64,000 nucleotides of DNA from Obrimoposthia wandeli (lineage: Eukaryota): the NCBI GenBank assembly GCA_977020255.1, contig CDROCS010001301.1:124001-188000 (forward strand), written 5' to 3'. Made by a program: the position numbers and the translations under genes. The notes under the pieces are model-generated. The model did not search any database and was not told the origin of the DNA. It saw only the letters and a list, made by a program, of their open reading frames with translations. Of this stretch, positions 22,482 through 34,700 are shown piece by piece (within the stretch, counting starts at the first letter, position 1; each line of letters starts with the position of its first letter).

Positions 22482-23218
22482 TCGTGTTGTACGGAAAGCA
22501 TAGAATTATTCATTTTTACAGCCAACAAAACGTTGTCAATAAGAATTAAAATATCATCCACTCGAGTATCATTTCTCTTTTTTACTTCAGAAGACTCGTA
22601 TATTATTTTCATTAATCCACGAGGAGATAATAAAGGATTTTGGTTTCTAAGTTTTTGTACACCATTTAAGTGTGCTCTACTTTTCAAATGTCTTTTCAAA
22701 AAATCAAGCTTCCATACATCATCATTACCTCTTTTTCCATATGAAAATTCTCCGTCAACCTGAGCTTCACAACAATAATAACATTTAATTCCTTTTCTTT
22801 CATCATATTCAAAGATTTCTTTTAATAGCACATCTATTTCTTCATGTGACTTGGGTGTCGCGGTTTTAACACTTACTTTTAGCCAATCTTCTTTGAATGT
22901 CGAAGCTGTTTTTCTACGTTTCTTATCGGCAGGCATATAATGAGTAAAGAATTTGAAAAAATAATTTTTTAGTAATGTTCATTATTTAAACAAAAATAAA
23001 ATCTAATAATATAATATAATTTTTTAATATAAATAGTAAACAAAATTATAATCTTTAATAAATTACCAATCATTTACATATTTTAAATCTCAAAACAAAA
23101 GAATGGTGTGCCTGGTACAAAAAGAATTTTAAGTGTGTGCGCTAAAATAAAAGACCGTGTGCGGCATCTTCTTTTCTCGTGTGCGCGCGCACAAGCGCAC
23201 AGCTTAGCTGGAACACTG
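22482..23218 (-). mobile_element. Truncated hAT transposon (5' part; TTF-type zinc-finger N-terminus)
   Basis: ORF 22472-22936 with F.EDW...IKCYYC...FSYG...KLDFLKRHLKSRAH; terminus CAGTGTTCC at 23218. Flank cttcacga (23219-23226) is repeated as cttcacg (22475-22481), consistent with an 8-bp TSD clipped by deletion. Confidence 0.7.
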
Positions 23219-23583
23219 CTTCACGATGTCTTACAATCTTCGTAAATAAATTATTAAAATCCGATTCCTTGTTAGCTTCCTGATACAAATCATCAATTAT
23301 TATTACATCTTCTTTTTTCAATCTTTCACACCAATTTGCATCAAATCCCTCAATAAATTGTATTCCCTTCAACTTGCAAACTTCTGTTTTGGTTAAACCG
23401 CTTTCCCCTCCTCCAACATGAGGCCAATAAATATTTTTGAAACTAGATTTGAAAAAAGATTCATTTTGCAACAATTTACATACGAAATGTGTCTTTCCAC
23501 TTTCACTGGGACCAACTATTTGAAATACAGCATTATTATTTAGCTCCATTGCATATACTCTTTCATTTTTAATATTGTTTATA

Positions 23584-23865
23584 TTATAATAGAAGTTTCC
23601 TTATTGAAATGTACAATATTAGAGCTATTGTACATGAAATACAGAAATTTATCAATGAATATTTGGCTATAATTTTATTTATTTGTGTACGATTTCTAAA
23701 TTCTCGAATAACGTGTGATCTAACCAATATTTCAATGTTATCTATTGTTATATCATTTTTTTTAAATGATACAATTTCTTTACCCCTAATTTTTCCAGAA
23801 AATATTTCGTCGAAAAGACGATCCACCTCATTGTCTCTATTTATAGTATTATTCATTTGAAACAA
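23584..23865 (-). CDS. Small predicted helical protein with C-terminal transmembrane tail
   Basis: Open 93 aa between the TBP-like and ATPase genes; ends YSLINFCISCTIALILYISIRKLLL. Confidence 0.6.
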   Translation of the reverse strand: MFQMNNTINRDNEVDRLFDEIFSGKIRGKEIVSFKKNDITIDNIEILVRSHVIREFRNRTQINKIIAKYSLINFCISCTIALILYISIRKLLL

Positions 23866-23884
23866 TAAGTTTAAACGGGTTTGT

Positions 23885-24384
23885 TTATAGAAAAGATAAC
23901 AAGATGTAATAAGATATATTTTCTAAAATCAAATCAACAATATCTGGATAGTCAAAAATTTTCAATCCCAATATCATAACTTTACCACTGGAAAATATAT
24001 TTACACATAGCGGTTTAAACTTCAAATAACTGAGAGCAGGAAAAATTTCTAGTTCAAACATGCATTCTTCTTTCATTTTCTCTGCAGTTTTAAAAAGATT
24101 TATCTGTTTCCCGAGATTAGCCGAAATCGTGATTTATTGTATTGCAGTGATTTGAATTCCAAATGGTAAATTGAACCCAAGCATTGGTATTTTGCATCCC
24201 ATAACACGACAATTTCCTAAAGAATTCAATATGAAAATAAAATAAAAAACTAACCTGTAGGAAAAATAACAACTGTGAAATTGTCAAACCTTTCTACATA
24301 TTGTCTTGGCTTCCATTCATTGAATGGTAAGTACGAAACATCATCTTCTGTTCTACCTTTATAATTTATATTTACGAGTTTCAT
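23885..24384 (-). pseudogene. TBP-like pseudogene of Polinton B
   Basis: Exon 1 24384-24255, 38-nt intron 24254-24217, exon 2 with TCA>TAA nonsense at IQ*IT; otherwise nearly identical to 5406-5881. Confidence 0.85.
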
Positions 24385-24633
24385 TAGACTGAAATTGTAT
24401 CCTGTAAAATCTTCTTTATATATGTCTGAACCTGCTTTTTTATTGCACGTTTCTTGTAAATATCTTGCAAACCTATTATAATTGAATGATATATTTCTTC
24501 CAATCAATTTTGATTTTTAATATAGATTTAGTCCAATCAAATTCAATGCTTTAGTTATATTAACCAATGAGATTTATGTCTTTGTTAGAAATTAGTATAA
24601 AAGAATGCGCCATTGGAGGACAAATCACAGTAA

Positions 24634-25053
24634 ATGCATTCATATCAAAGAATATTATCAACGATGGAGGATAGCCAACGGATATTAAGCGGTTACGAAG
24701 ATTCGGAAATGTTTGAAGAATTGGATAAAGATATGTATGAAGAAGTGAAACAATATTTCAAATACAAAGTCAGATTCTTGAAGAAGGCTCAACTGATTGA
24801 TTTAGTAAATCCTGTGACAATTGAAAGAAGAAAGTTCAGCTACAATCTATCAATATTCACAAACCACATTTTCAATATCTTAAACAGAAAGTTGAAAAGG
24901 CAGTTCCAAATTTTACTTTCAATAAGAATGAATTTTATATCCGAGGACACGATGAGGCATTTCTAGATGACTATGGAAGATATGTTGATATTGATGCGTT
25001 TCCGAAAAAGAAGCAATGTAACAATTCGACTTTATGGTTACAAGAAAGATTAA
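24634..25053 (+). pseudogene. Unknown Polinton left-arm ORF
   Basis: 110-aa ORF 24634-24966 continues in frame past TAG as MTMEDMLILMRFRKRSNVTIRLYGYKKD*; its 5' part is shared with A (5020-5160, inverted). Confidence 0.4.
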
Positions 25054-25255
25054 ATGGGAACAAAGTTGCCTATGTGGAAAATTGAACGTACTCATATTTC
25101 TATGTTTTAAATATTCCATGTAATAAATTGTAATCGGTTTTACTATGTTTCTTTCATGTAATAATCAGTTTTATTTTTTAAATATTTGTATCTTATATGT
25201 ATCTGATATGTATTTTTTTATAAACATTGTTTTTAATCAGTTTTCTTATTTTAGA

Positions 25256-25660
25256 ATGGATAAGAGATGTGTAGCAAATTTTTATTATCCAGAAAGAATT
25301 TCAAAAGGAAAACTATGTAATATATTTAAGAGGCATCAAATTATTCGAGTTATGAATCCTGTGAAAATATCTAAATTGGAGAATAAATATCTCATCGAAA
25401 TTTGATCAATATCTGATATTGATCAATTGAAAAATATTTTGGGATTTTACATTCCTGATTATGTATATGAAGGAAATTGTTTCGAGCTTGAAACTGATCC
25501 CAGTCTGGATTTTAAAGATGATCTAGGATATTTGATTGCTCCAATTCTAGATGAAGAACTATGGAATATCTCAATACGTCTCAATGGATATTTTGCTCAT
25601 GACGGGAAAATACAGCCTCTTTAGACTTTGGGTGAAGCCAATATGTTGTTTTATGTTTAA
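25256..25660 (+). pseudogene. Conserved divergent Polinton gene (homolog of 44126-44770; possible SSB)
   Basis: IIRVMNPVKISK...SDIDQL...GNCFELETDPSL...WNISIRLNGY...QPL*TLGEAN aligns with [13 protein letters not shown]...SDIDDL...[12 protein letters not shown]...[10 protein letters not shown]...[10 protein letters not shown]. Confidence 0.6.
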
Positions 25661-25984
25661 TAAATGTTTTGAAAAATAATTTTGACTCGTATTTTTTTCT
25701 CCTCTAAATTATATAGATCTGACCGACTTTTTATCCTATAAATTCAAAAACTGACATAGATATTTTAAAAAAACATGTAATAATTTATTAATCTAAAATC
25801 TTTCTTAAAAATAGTAGTAATATATTATTTGAAATCTCGTCTGCGATAAGCCGCTGGGGCCAATATGGATTCCCGTGGTCTTCTCTAACCACTTTTGAGA
25901 TTCGTGGTAATTTTTTAAAAAATGTGGGTAGGACCTCTCTCCCTCCCCTTCCATCACCCTTTGGGTGGAATGGAGACACACATA

Positions 25985-26095
25985 TACGAAATTTCCCTCC
26001 ACGCACATGCACGAAATTTCACTCCACACACATACACGGTTTTAAAGGACAGTGGGGGGAAGGGGTGTGGATTAGACCGGACACATCCACCTACT
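25985..26095. repeat. Left terminal inverted repeat of Polinton B
   Basis: Matches 12085-12206; ends ccacctact (AGTAGGTGG on the minus strand). Confidence 0.75.
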
Positions 26096-26215
26096 ATAAT
26101 TGTTAAAAATGAGTTTATATTATATTTTATACAAAATTAGTGTAAAATTTGGGGTAAGATGAGTAATTTTATTTCAATGAAGTTAAATTTTTGATTTTCT
26201 GAATTTTAATTTGAA

Positions 26216-27750
26216 ATCAGTGTAAAATCTGAGTTGAGATAGGTTTTGAAATTGTTGCCATTGTTGCGGCTATATAAGTATGCTTAACGTTGCCGCATAG
26301 ATAGCAAAAAAGGTTAAACAAAAGTGCCCATATATATTCACTATGATAGAATCAAACCTTCATCAAGGTGTTATCTACATGTTTCAAACAGAATGTATAC
26401 CAAAATCATCAATATTCGCGGAGCTAGACCTCTCCAAAGATGGGGCTTAGGTCGATTTTGGGTAAAAAGGACCCTTTTGGGGGTCAAATTAAGTCAGTGC
26501 AGAAACCTTCCAAAACAAGGATATTGTAAATAATTTCAGAATCTCTTCTACGTACCTAATGAGGATTATTCAAAAAATACTCACCCCTTTTTGAAACAAG
26601 CCGCTTCCCGAATAAAAATTTAAAGCCCAACCAATGGGGCCTAGCACTCTCTACAAAGTCACTTTATGAAGGGCTTTAAAAGACCCACAATGAATCTAGA
26701 CACAACTTCAATTGCTATAATCGTGAAGAGCAAGTCTTAGAGAGCTAGAATATGTAAATATTACTTCACACAAAGTGCCCAATGTTTGTTTTAAAGTGTT
26801 GCCAAAGTCAGTCAGGGGCGTTGTGAGAGCTTTTAGGTATGGCCTAAAATTTGGTAAAATTTGGATTTAAATGACAAAAAGGTTAAACAAAAGTCCCCAA
26901 ATATATTCAATATGATAGAATGAAAACTTCATCTAAGCGTTTTCTACATTTTTCAAACAGAACGTATACCAAAATTCTCTATATTCGCGGAGCTATTCGA
27001 TTTGATAAACATATTTTTGCTGTTTTTAACGTAAAAAACTGCTTTGCGCAAAATGAAACCCTTCTAGGGTTACTTGAATCTGATTGAAGTTTAAAGTTAA
27101 AAACACAATTTCAGTGACTGTTCTACAATATTACTGATTAAAAAATGACATTATGGTTTTCAAATCGTCACAATTTGAGTTTGAAAAATCATCAAAAATT
27201 CGATTTTGGTCAATTTTCTGATTATTCATTTTGAAGCCAAAATAAAGAGAAAGAGGTATCAATCTCTGAGAAACATAAGCTTATACAATTTTGAGACGTT
27301 CAGAAATTCATATAAAAGTTTGAAAACTTACCCGTGTCATATAGTTGTGTGTGCCAACTTTTTAACTATATACGGATTGTGACTAAAAATTACATCATTA
27401 GATGCGCCTTTAAAACATATGTACCTAATGTGTTTGTAGATTTTAGTAAAAACCTTTTAGTTTCACAAGATTTGCAAGTTTGTATCCAGTTAAGTACCCT
27501 CTTTGGAGCCTTGTATGTACGAAAATAATCAAAAGTAAGATTCTATTTTCCTCCAAGCGATAGAGAAAAGAATTCTCTATCTTGTGTTAGAATATCATTT
27601 ATAGACAAATTGTATCTCCTAAGTTACGGGCGTTTGTAAAAAGGGAAAAAAAAGAAACATGAAAATTAATTTAATTAATTTAATCAATATTTTATTGTAT
27701 ACATTATAAATCAGTGTAAAATCTGAGTTGAGATAGGTTTTGAAATCTAA
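26216..27750. repeat. Dispersed direct repeats, unclassified transposon remnant
   Basis: aatcagtgtaaaatctgagttgagataggttttgaa at ~26216 and ~27710; a ~120-bp block starting aaaaaggttaaacaaaagt at ~26307 and ~26877. Confidence 0.5.
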
Positions 27751-30629
27751 AAATTGTAACAAGCATAGCAGCAAATGTCCATAATTCATGTATAAAAGTA
27801 CGCAAAACATGTCTAAAGTGACAATTAGGCGGCTTGGCAACGCAACATCGAAAAACCCGAGAGCTAATTCTTTGTTGTTCCGCCAAGCCGCTAAATCGTC
27901 ACTTTTTACTTTTTAAAGTTATAATCATTTATTTTATAATCTTCACAGATTATTGTACAAAATAATTATTTCACAACCTACTTCGTTGGAAATTTAGAGT
28001 ACTTTAGAGCAATAAACAAATATAATTTGATTTTTCAATTACAAATTTTTTACGAATTTTCATATTTAACCAATTTGAATGATTAAAATGATAACTCATA
28101 CATATTTATCTTAATAAATGGCATAATTCATTGAAATGAACAGATAAGAATTATCAATTCATAAGAAACCATTTTTATTTTCTCATTAATTGGTTAAAAA
28201 ACAGCAATTTTGTATAATAAATCCAATTAAAGTTTGTATTAATATAACTTCTTTCAAATTTAATTATAATTTAATTAATTTAAAAATATTTATAGAAAAT
28301 TAAAATATAGTGGCATAAAATAACTGTAGATTGCAATTTAAATTGCCAAAAAAATTTACAGAATTTTTTTTAAATTGTATTTAAATTATAACCCGAAACA
28401 TAAAAACTGAACTGATGAATTTTAAATAGAAAAGAACAAATTTGGAGTATTTTTTTTATAAATAGATAGGTCTCAAAATGGGTTCGTGCATCCTAACACT
28501 CCCTTGCAGAAATTTAATATATATTAAGATATAACCGACCAAAGTTTTATTCAACAAAAAACTTTCGAAAAAAACGACGAAGATATTTTTTTTCTAAGTC
28601 CGCACTTGACTTATATCTAAGGTTAACTAATTTATGTACTCTATTTTTATAAATATATGAATATAATTTTAAATATATAAATATTAAAATCTTTATTTAA
28701 ATTTGTCTTTGATTTTTCTAATATTTAAATGATAATGTCAAATATTTTCCGTCTTTATATTCGTCATAATTCAGTTTTCATTATAATTTTCCGAAATATT
28801 TTATACAGAATTTTAAAATTAATTAAAAAAAAAAAAATTTAATAATTTTGAATTTTAACAATTCACATGGTTGCTTTTGACATTTGAATAATTTTTATTC
28901 TACATTTTTATCAAGTATTTCAATTTTTTTATACGAATTTTCAAATCTGCTTTGATTTTTTTCTAGTGAATATTATTTTTCATAGAAATCTGATATCAAT
29001 TAAACTTAATTTTTTTCAGTTTTATTTGAATTTGTGTAATTATTGAAATAAAAAATCGTTTTAAATTTTTTTTAAATTTTATTTTAAAAAATAAAGTGAA
29101 ATTTTGTATTTTAAATATCTTTACTAGTAGTGTGACTAAGAAAATTAATATTTTAAACTTTTGTTATCTCTAGAATTATATATTATTCATTACTATTTAT
29201 AATTATTCCAAAAGTATGTTTCTTGGTGTACAGGTAAGATTTTTTCCTTTGTTTATGTTTTATAATGCTCTGCATGGAAATATTTGCAATATTTAAATTA
29301 TTTTCTTGAAACATATATAACAAATAAATTCTAAAGTATAAATTCCAAAATTTATTTTAACAATATATTTTAAATATTATATTTGGAATCTATGTCGAAA
29401 TAACTATTAACAAAATCACTAACTTTACTTTTACAGAAAATTACTTTTTAGAAAACTTTGAAATTTAGGTTTTATAACTTTAAATATAACATTTACGATA
29501 ATTTTAACAAATCAAATATTAATACTTTTAACAATTACACTTTCTAAGAAATAAAAGTAGTCTATTTTAACTTAGCTAATTAAAATGTGGTACTAAATAT
29601 TTTAACTTTAAAATATTATTATTGGCTATTTTATGTTTATATTTTATTATAATTTTAAATACTTAGATTTTTTTATTAGACATTTTTAAAATTAAAAATA
29701 TATTTAATTAATATATAAGTTAATTTAAAACAAATATTTTTATAATACTTCTTATATATTAATAAATCGTAGTAAAAAGGATTTTTTTATAATAGTAATA
29801 TTTAGTATAAAGATGGAATAATTAAAGAGCATTGGCATGAAAATCCTTGACAAATTAAATTTTAGTGACCTACTGTGATCCAAAGTTTTTGGTACTGTAT
29901 ATATGAAACATGTTTGTAAGTTCAGCTCTTTTCGAAATTTCAATTCAGTTTATTTTCTAGTCAAATCAAGAAGGTGTTTCTAAATCTGCTTAAAATTCTT
30001 GCCAACACTCGGATTCACTAATTGGAATGTCTACTAATCGCTTAATCGGAATGTAAAAATTCTAAATCTAGTTTTTTCAAAACATTTCCTTTCAGTTTTC
30101 AAAATTTCAGTAGAGTTTCATAGCTAAGAATCAACCTATTCATCGCAAATCACAATGGTCTACTTCTTTCATTTGAATGAACTTTTTACTTTTGTTAAGA
30201 TTAGAAAATTTAAGAATTAAATCAAAAATAATTATTTATAGTGGAAATTAAACCTTGAAATTAAAGGTTAAAATAGAAAATTAAATATCAAGATCGCTAA
30301 ATTGAAGAAAACCAATTTATTACTTTATTCAAATGTGGGAGAATTATAGTAGTGAAGATTTGTATTTGAATTTATATCAGTAGAAATTGTAATTGAATAG
30401 TTTGCGTTGAATTCTATATAAAGTAAATTTGAATTATACTAGTGAAGATTTGTAACCAAGAGATCGAACCACATAAACTTTAATTAACTACATCGACTAC
30501 CAATCACGTTACACATCACACTACATAAGTGGAAACCCTACTAGTTATATTTGTGAACGCTACTCTTTACACACCTCGCAACAAAATATTGAAAATCCTT
30601 CAGATTTGAGACAAAGTTAAATAAGACAA

Positions 30630-30730
30630 ACCTAGATAGGCCACATCCATCTGTAAGGCCTATCGCCACAGAACTCACTTCGGGAGCCTCCATACAAGGA
30701 TCTAAGAGTTTCAATTAGAAACCCTAATAC
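30630..30730. repeat. Remnant related to the right end of the 20375-22234 LTR
   Basis: taggccaca.ccatctg.aag.cct...agaactcac...ggg.cctcca...aggatcta...tagaaaccc.aa matches 22130-22234. Confidence 0.5.
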
Positions 30731-33539
30731 TTTTACTGAATATCAGAGTAAAAAGCTTCTTTAAACAGAAATGTTGGGATTAAAAATTAATTAAGTCAAT
30801 TTAAATTGACATTACTGAAAATCATACAATCAGGGAGGTATTCTTTATCAACCTCCGACGGGGTAAAAACCCAGTTTCGCCTTGCCAGGCTCATAAAAAC
30901 AAGAAACTCATCAAACATCAAGAGATTGCAATAATTAATACTCAAGCTAAGTTATTGTAGATGAGTAGAGTAGAACGTAATACACACTCTATTAGAAGAT
31001 AATAACATATATAAGAGATATACTCAATTGTACTAATAGTAGCATAATAAAAATACAATTAAATATATATTAGTAGATAAAATGTCACTTCTGAGTTCGA
31101 AAATCATGAAGACGAAGTAAAGTACGTCGGAATTCACAACATTCCGAAATGATATATCAAATTGGTACTGTGGGAATCTTCTATCTGTGTTTGTCAGAGC
31201 AGACATTTTGGTAGCGCCAGAGGGGGCGGCGGAGTAGCCTACACGCCAGCAAATTTGGAGGACATTGGCATCAGTTCCTGCACATACAGGGAAAAATGAC
31301 GATGACGACAGTGATGGTGTTGGTTTTATCGGTTTGGGGTCAATAACATCGTACCAGTAGTGAGTAGCCTAGCGAAAGTTTGCTAGTACAAGAAGGGCCA
31401 CGACAAATCGTGCACAAATACACCGACTTGCATGTGATTTATAGTAGTCAGGGAATCTGGGATTTTAGTTTTGACTGCAAATAGAATTGCAAATGCAGTG
31501 TGGCCTTGCTCTCGCACTGCTCTCTCTAGTAGACTTTTTGTTGTGTGGTTGTGAGACTGGGGCTCGAGCTCGAAGACGATGGAGGCTGTATGCTAAAGAC
31601 GCAGAGAAGAGACGAATACGCTGATAGAACAGTCACTTGTTAAAACAGTAATCCTTAATTAGTTTAAAATATGATATAGTAAAGTATCAAACGGATATAT
31701 TGCACATTATTTAAAATTTTTAATCTAATAAGACTTTAACTGAAATATTTGCCGTTTTTTAGCATCACTATTACAAACATCGAATGTTTATTAAATTATC
31801 ATCGATTTATGATAATTATAATAAATATTATCAAAAAAACATAATTGCAAACTTTATAAAGAGAAAGATTGGGTCCAAAAGGTGATAGGGGTCATCACAG
31901 AACACAATAATTAACATAGTTTATTTAAATACAAAAATAATATTAATTATAAAAAATTTAAAGAAATTAAAAAAAAAATTTACAGAAATTAAAAAAAAAA
32001 TTTAAATAAACACTAAAAAATTTAAAAGAACTCCGTAAATAAGTAACAAACATTACACAATTGCTATCACCGAGGTTTGACTGATTATCGTGATGGCGGC
32101 CATATTCTGATTTCCCTAGTTATTATGGGTGGGGTCCGTGGTAATCGCAGACAATGACATGTAAAACACACACCACCACGGGAGAATTAGCTTGATTTCG
32201 AATAGTCTGCAAGCATTAAACATCTTAAGAATATTTATCGGTAAAAAGCTCCTAAGCTTGACGTGAGAATAAACATATTAAATTATAAAAATATTTGATT
32301 TAAAATAATTCAATTTATATATTTAACCGGCATGGAAGATTAAACTAACCTGCAGAAGACAACGGCTGGTCAGTTAATTTTTAATCTCAGATATTGGAGA
32401 TACGGATTTGGAACTGGAGTATTGGTAATTGCCTGCACAAAATAAAAGTATTTAAATACAGAGGTAAATTGTATAGTCGGTAAAATGATTTAATTTACTT
32501 TGTATGGAGGTCTGTTACTTCATTAAAATTTATAATTTTGCACACAAAAAGTATAGAGAATAATTATGAAAATATGTTAAGAAAAATATTTAACATTATT
32601 TGTTAGACTCCACCAAAACCAATCTTTATAAAACGAAAATAAATCGTAATTTTAATGGAAAAAATTGGTATGAAACTATAACTTTTTAATATTTATAGAT
32701 TTTTAAAAGTAGAACATTTGATATTTAATTTTATTTTGAAATACATATATGGATTTGTTTCTTTATTACGGTTGCTTAATTTTGTGTATGCAAAAATGAA
32801 ATAAATTTTCATAGAAATAAATATACATGAAAAGGTAACAAACGAATAAACAAACAACGAAACAAGAACAAGACAGTAATAATATGTTACTAACCAGGAG
32901 TTTTATACATATAGTTTGAGGACATATTTATAATCAGGAAAGGGATAAACAGTTTTCTAAAAATTTTTACATTTTTTGGCCAAGTTTTTCATATTTTTTT
33001 TCAAACTTTACTTCTTTAAATGAGCCTGTTTTGCTTTTTGCATCTCTTCTGCAACTTTGGCAGTAATTACCTTCTTCCCAAGTTTTTGAAAATTTACTTT
33101 CGATGGCCTAATTGTATTAGTAATTAGTGCATGCATTGTCAGTGTTCGAAGAATTTTCCGATAAAATGAAACAATTTTTTCCTCACTTTCTAATTCTAAT
33201 CTATTATTTCTTTCATCTTCATCAAAACCTATTTCCGACAATACACTACATCCTACAATCGATAAATCTAAATCCACATCTTCAAGTCCTCTCAATGACT
33301 CATTAGATTATTCACCATATGTATTCAGTGCCGGATAATGTGTTGAAGAAATGGATCTTGATGGGCTCCTTGCTCCTAAAAGCTGCGACAAACATTGATT
33401 TACAACATTAACCTCCGTTTCCTCATTTTCCTCGCTATCTGTTTCATTCGAAATTGTTTGTTCAGCTTCCTGTAAATCAACACTACCAACAGTGGGATGT
33501 GTAGACAGATTGTCTATGTTTCCTATATTTAGATCAATT

Positions 33540-34700
33540 TCATCGGGATATAATATTCCAAAGTTTCCACCGACGTGTGATAAGAATTTTACAGCGATTC
33601 GATACAAATACTGGTACAAATATCACATCCTCACGATGGTAAACATTTGTCAGCTGAGCGATTCTTTTGTCAATTGTTATGATGTTTGATCTATTTCTGG
33701 ATTCACTAAACCCGATAGAGCAGCGTTTAACCAATGATTTTGAAAATTTCAACTCCAACTTGAAAAAATCAATGCTTTTCCAAACATTTTCGTGCTTTCG
33801 AACCATCATTGATTTACACCGATTGTGCCAGCCTTCAACTGCGTTATTAGTTCTGACACTTCTGGTGAACATATTCCAGTTATTAATGAAGTCTGCTGGA
33901 AGCCACTGACGACGAAAATATCTTTCGAAAACGAAAAAGAAAGGATAATCCCGCTTAGCTGCTTCCATTAATTCCTCAAAATGCATTGTTATACAAGCAG
34001 GCTTGTCATATGCCATGGCAATAATTAATTTTCTGTAAGTACGGAACTTAATGTCCAATTTGTAGCAGTGAAACATTTTTTCTTTGCGTAAAAATTTCAT
34101 TATGCACTGCAAATAATGAAACAGACACCCGTCAATTTCAACTGAAGGAATTTCTTGAAGGCACGTACTAATCATCGCTTTTTCATAGTCTACCGAAAGC
34201 CGATTAGGATTAAAAATAAGACTGCTTTCAGCAGCTAGATCATGCAATGCCCTAATAATTTTGACATATGTGACGTTTGTTCTTGAGGTCATAAGTAAGA
34301 ACAAACACACAATTAATTTATTTTCTTTAATGATGTGAAAGGTGTAAAGCTGACTGAAGGGCCTTGGACATATCTCAAAAGTTCCGTCACAAAAAACTGT
34401 CTCTGCTTCACATAACAGTTTAATGTGATATGAACTGCCAAATCCCAATGTCCTACCTCCATTTTCCCTTTGATCCATGAACAAAAACGAACTTCTGTCA
34501 TCATGATAAAGATAGGCAAATGGAACTGTAAAAGAAGAATTGAATGGAATGTTTTTGTCGAAATTTTTCAATATTTCTGTAGAAGGTTCTTTCTAACGCT
34601 TCTCTTGACGGAAAATTATTTAAAATTTCCACGTCTTTATCGAAATATATTTCCTTAACAAATTTGGAAGCGCTTTCAGAACATTTTCAGAACTTTTAAG
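33540..34700 (-). mobile_element. Mutator-like (MULE) transposase gene
   Basis: FCDGTFEICPRPFSQLYTFH, VDYEKAM, GCLFHYLQC and RTNNAVEGWHNR motifs of MULE transposases. The 343-aa open ORF joins an upstream frame via a 1-nt shift near 34565. TIRs not located. Confidence 0.88.

Larger units (their letters stand above)
19790..23549 (-). pseudogene. Packaging ATPase of B split by two insertions
   Basis: 23219-23549 (GPSESGKT, IIIDD), 22401-22481 (VTVIFITQNLF) and 19790-19858 ([11 protein letters not shown]) join into one gene once 19859-22400 and 22482-23218 are removed; 3' end deleted. Confidence 0.88.
15481..26095 (-). mobile_element. Polinton B (same family as A, inverted); left terminus at 26095, right part lost at 15481
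   Basis: Minus-strand order: TBP-like, TM protein, ATPase, basic protein, integrase, penton, QYGSG protein, MCP, protease (cut after GEH). Terminus ...acatccacctact at 26095. Carries nested insertions. Confidence 0.9.

Noticed and set aside
33008-33619. Two ORFs downstream of the MULE transposase as a separate gene (BEN-like)
   Set aside because: No recognisable motif with confidence; could be MULE cargo or chance ORFs.
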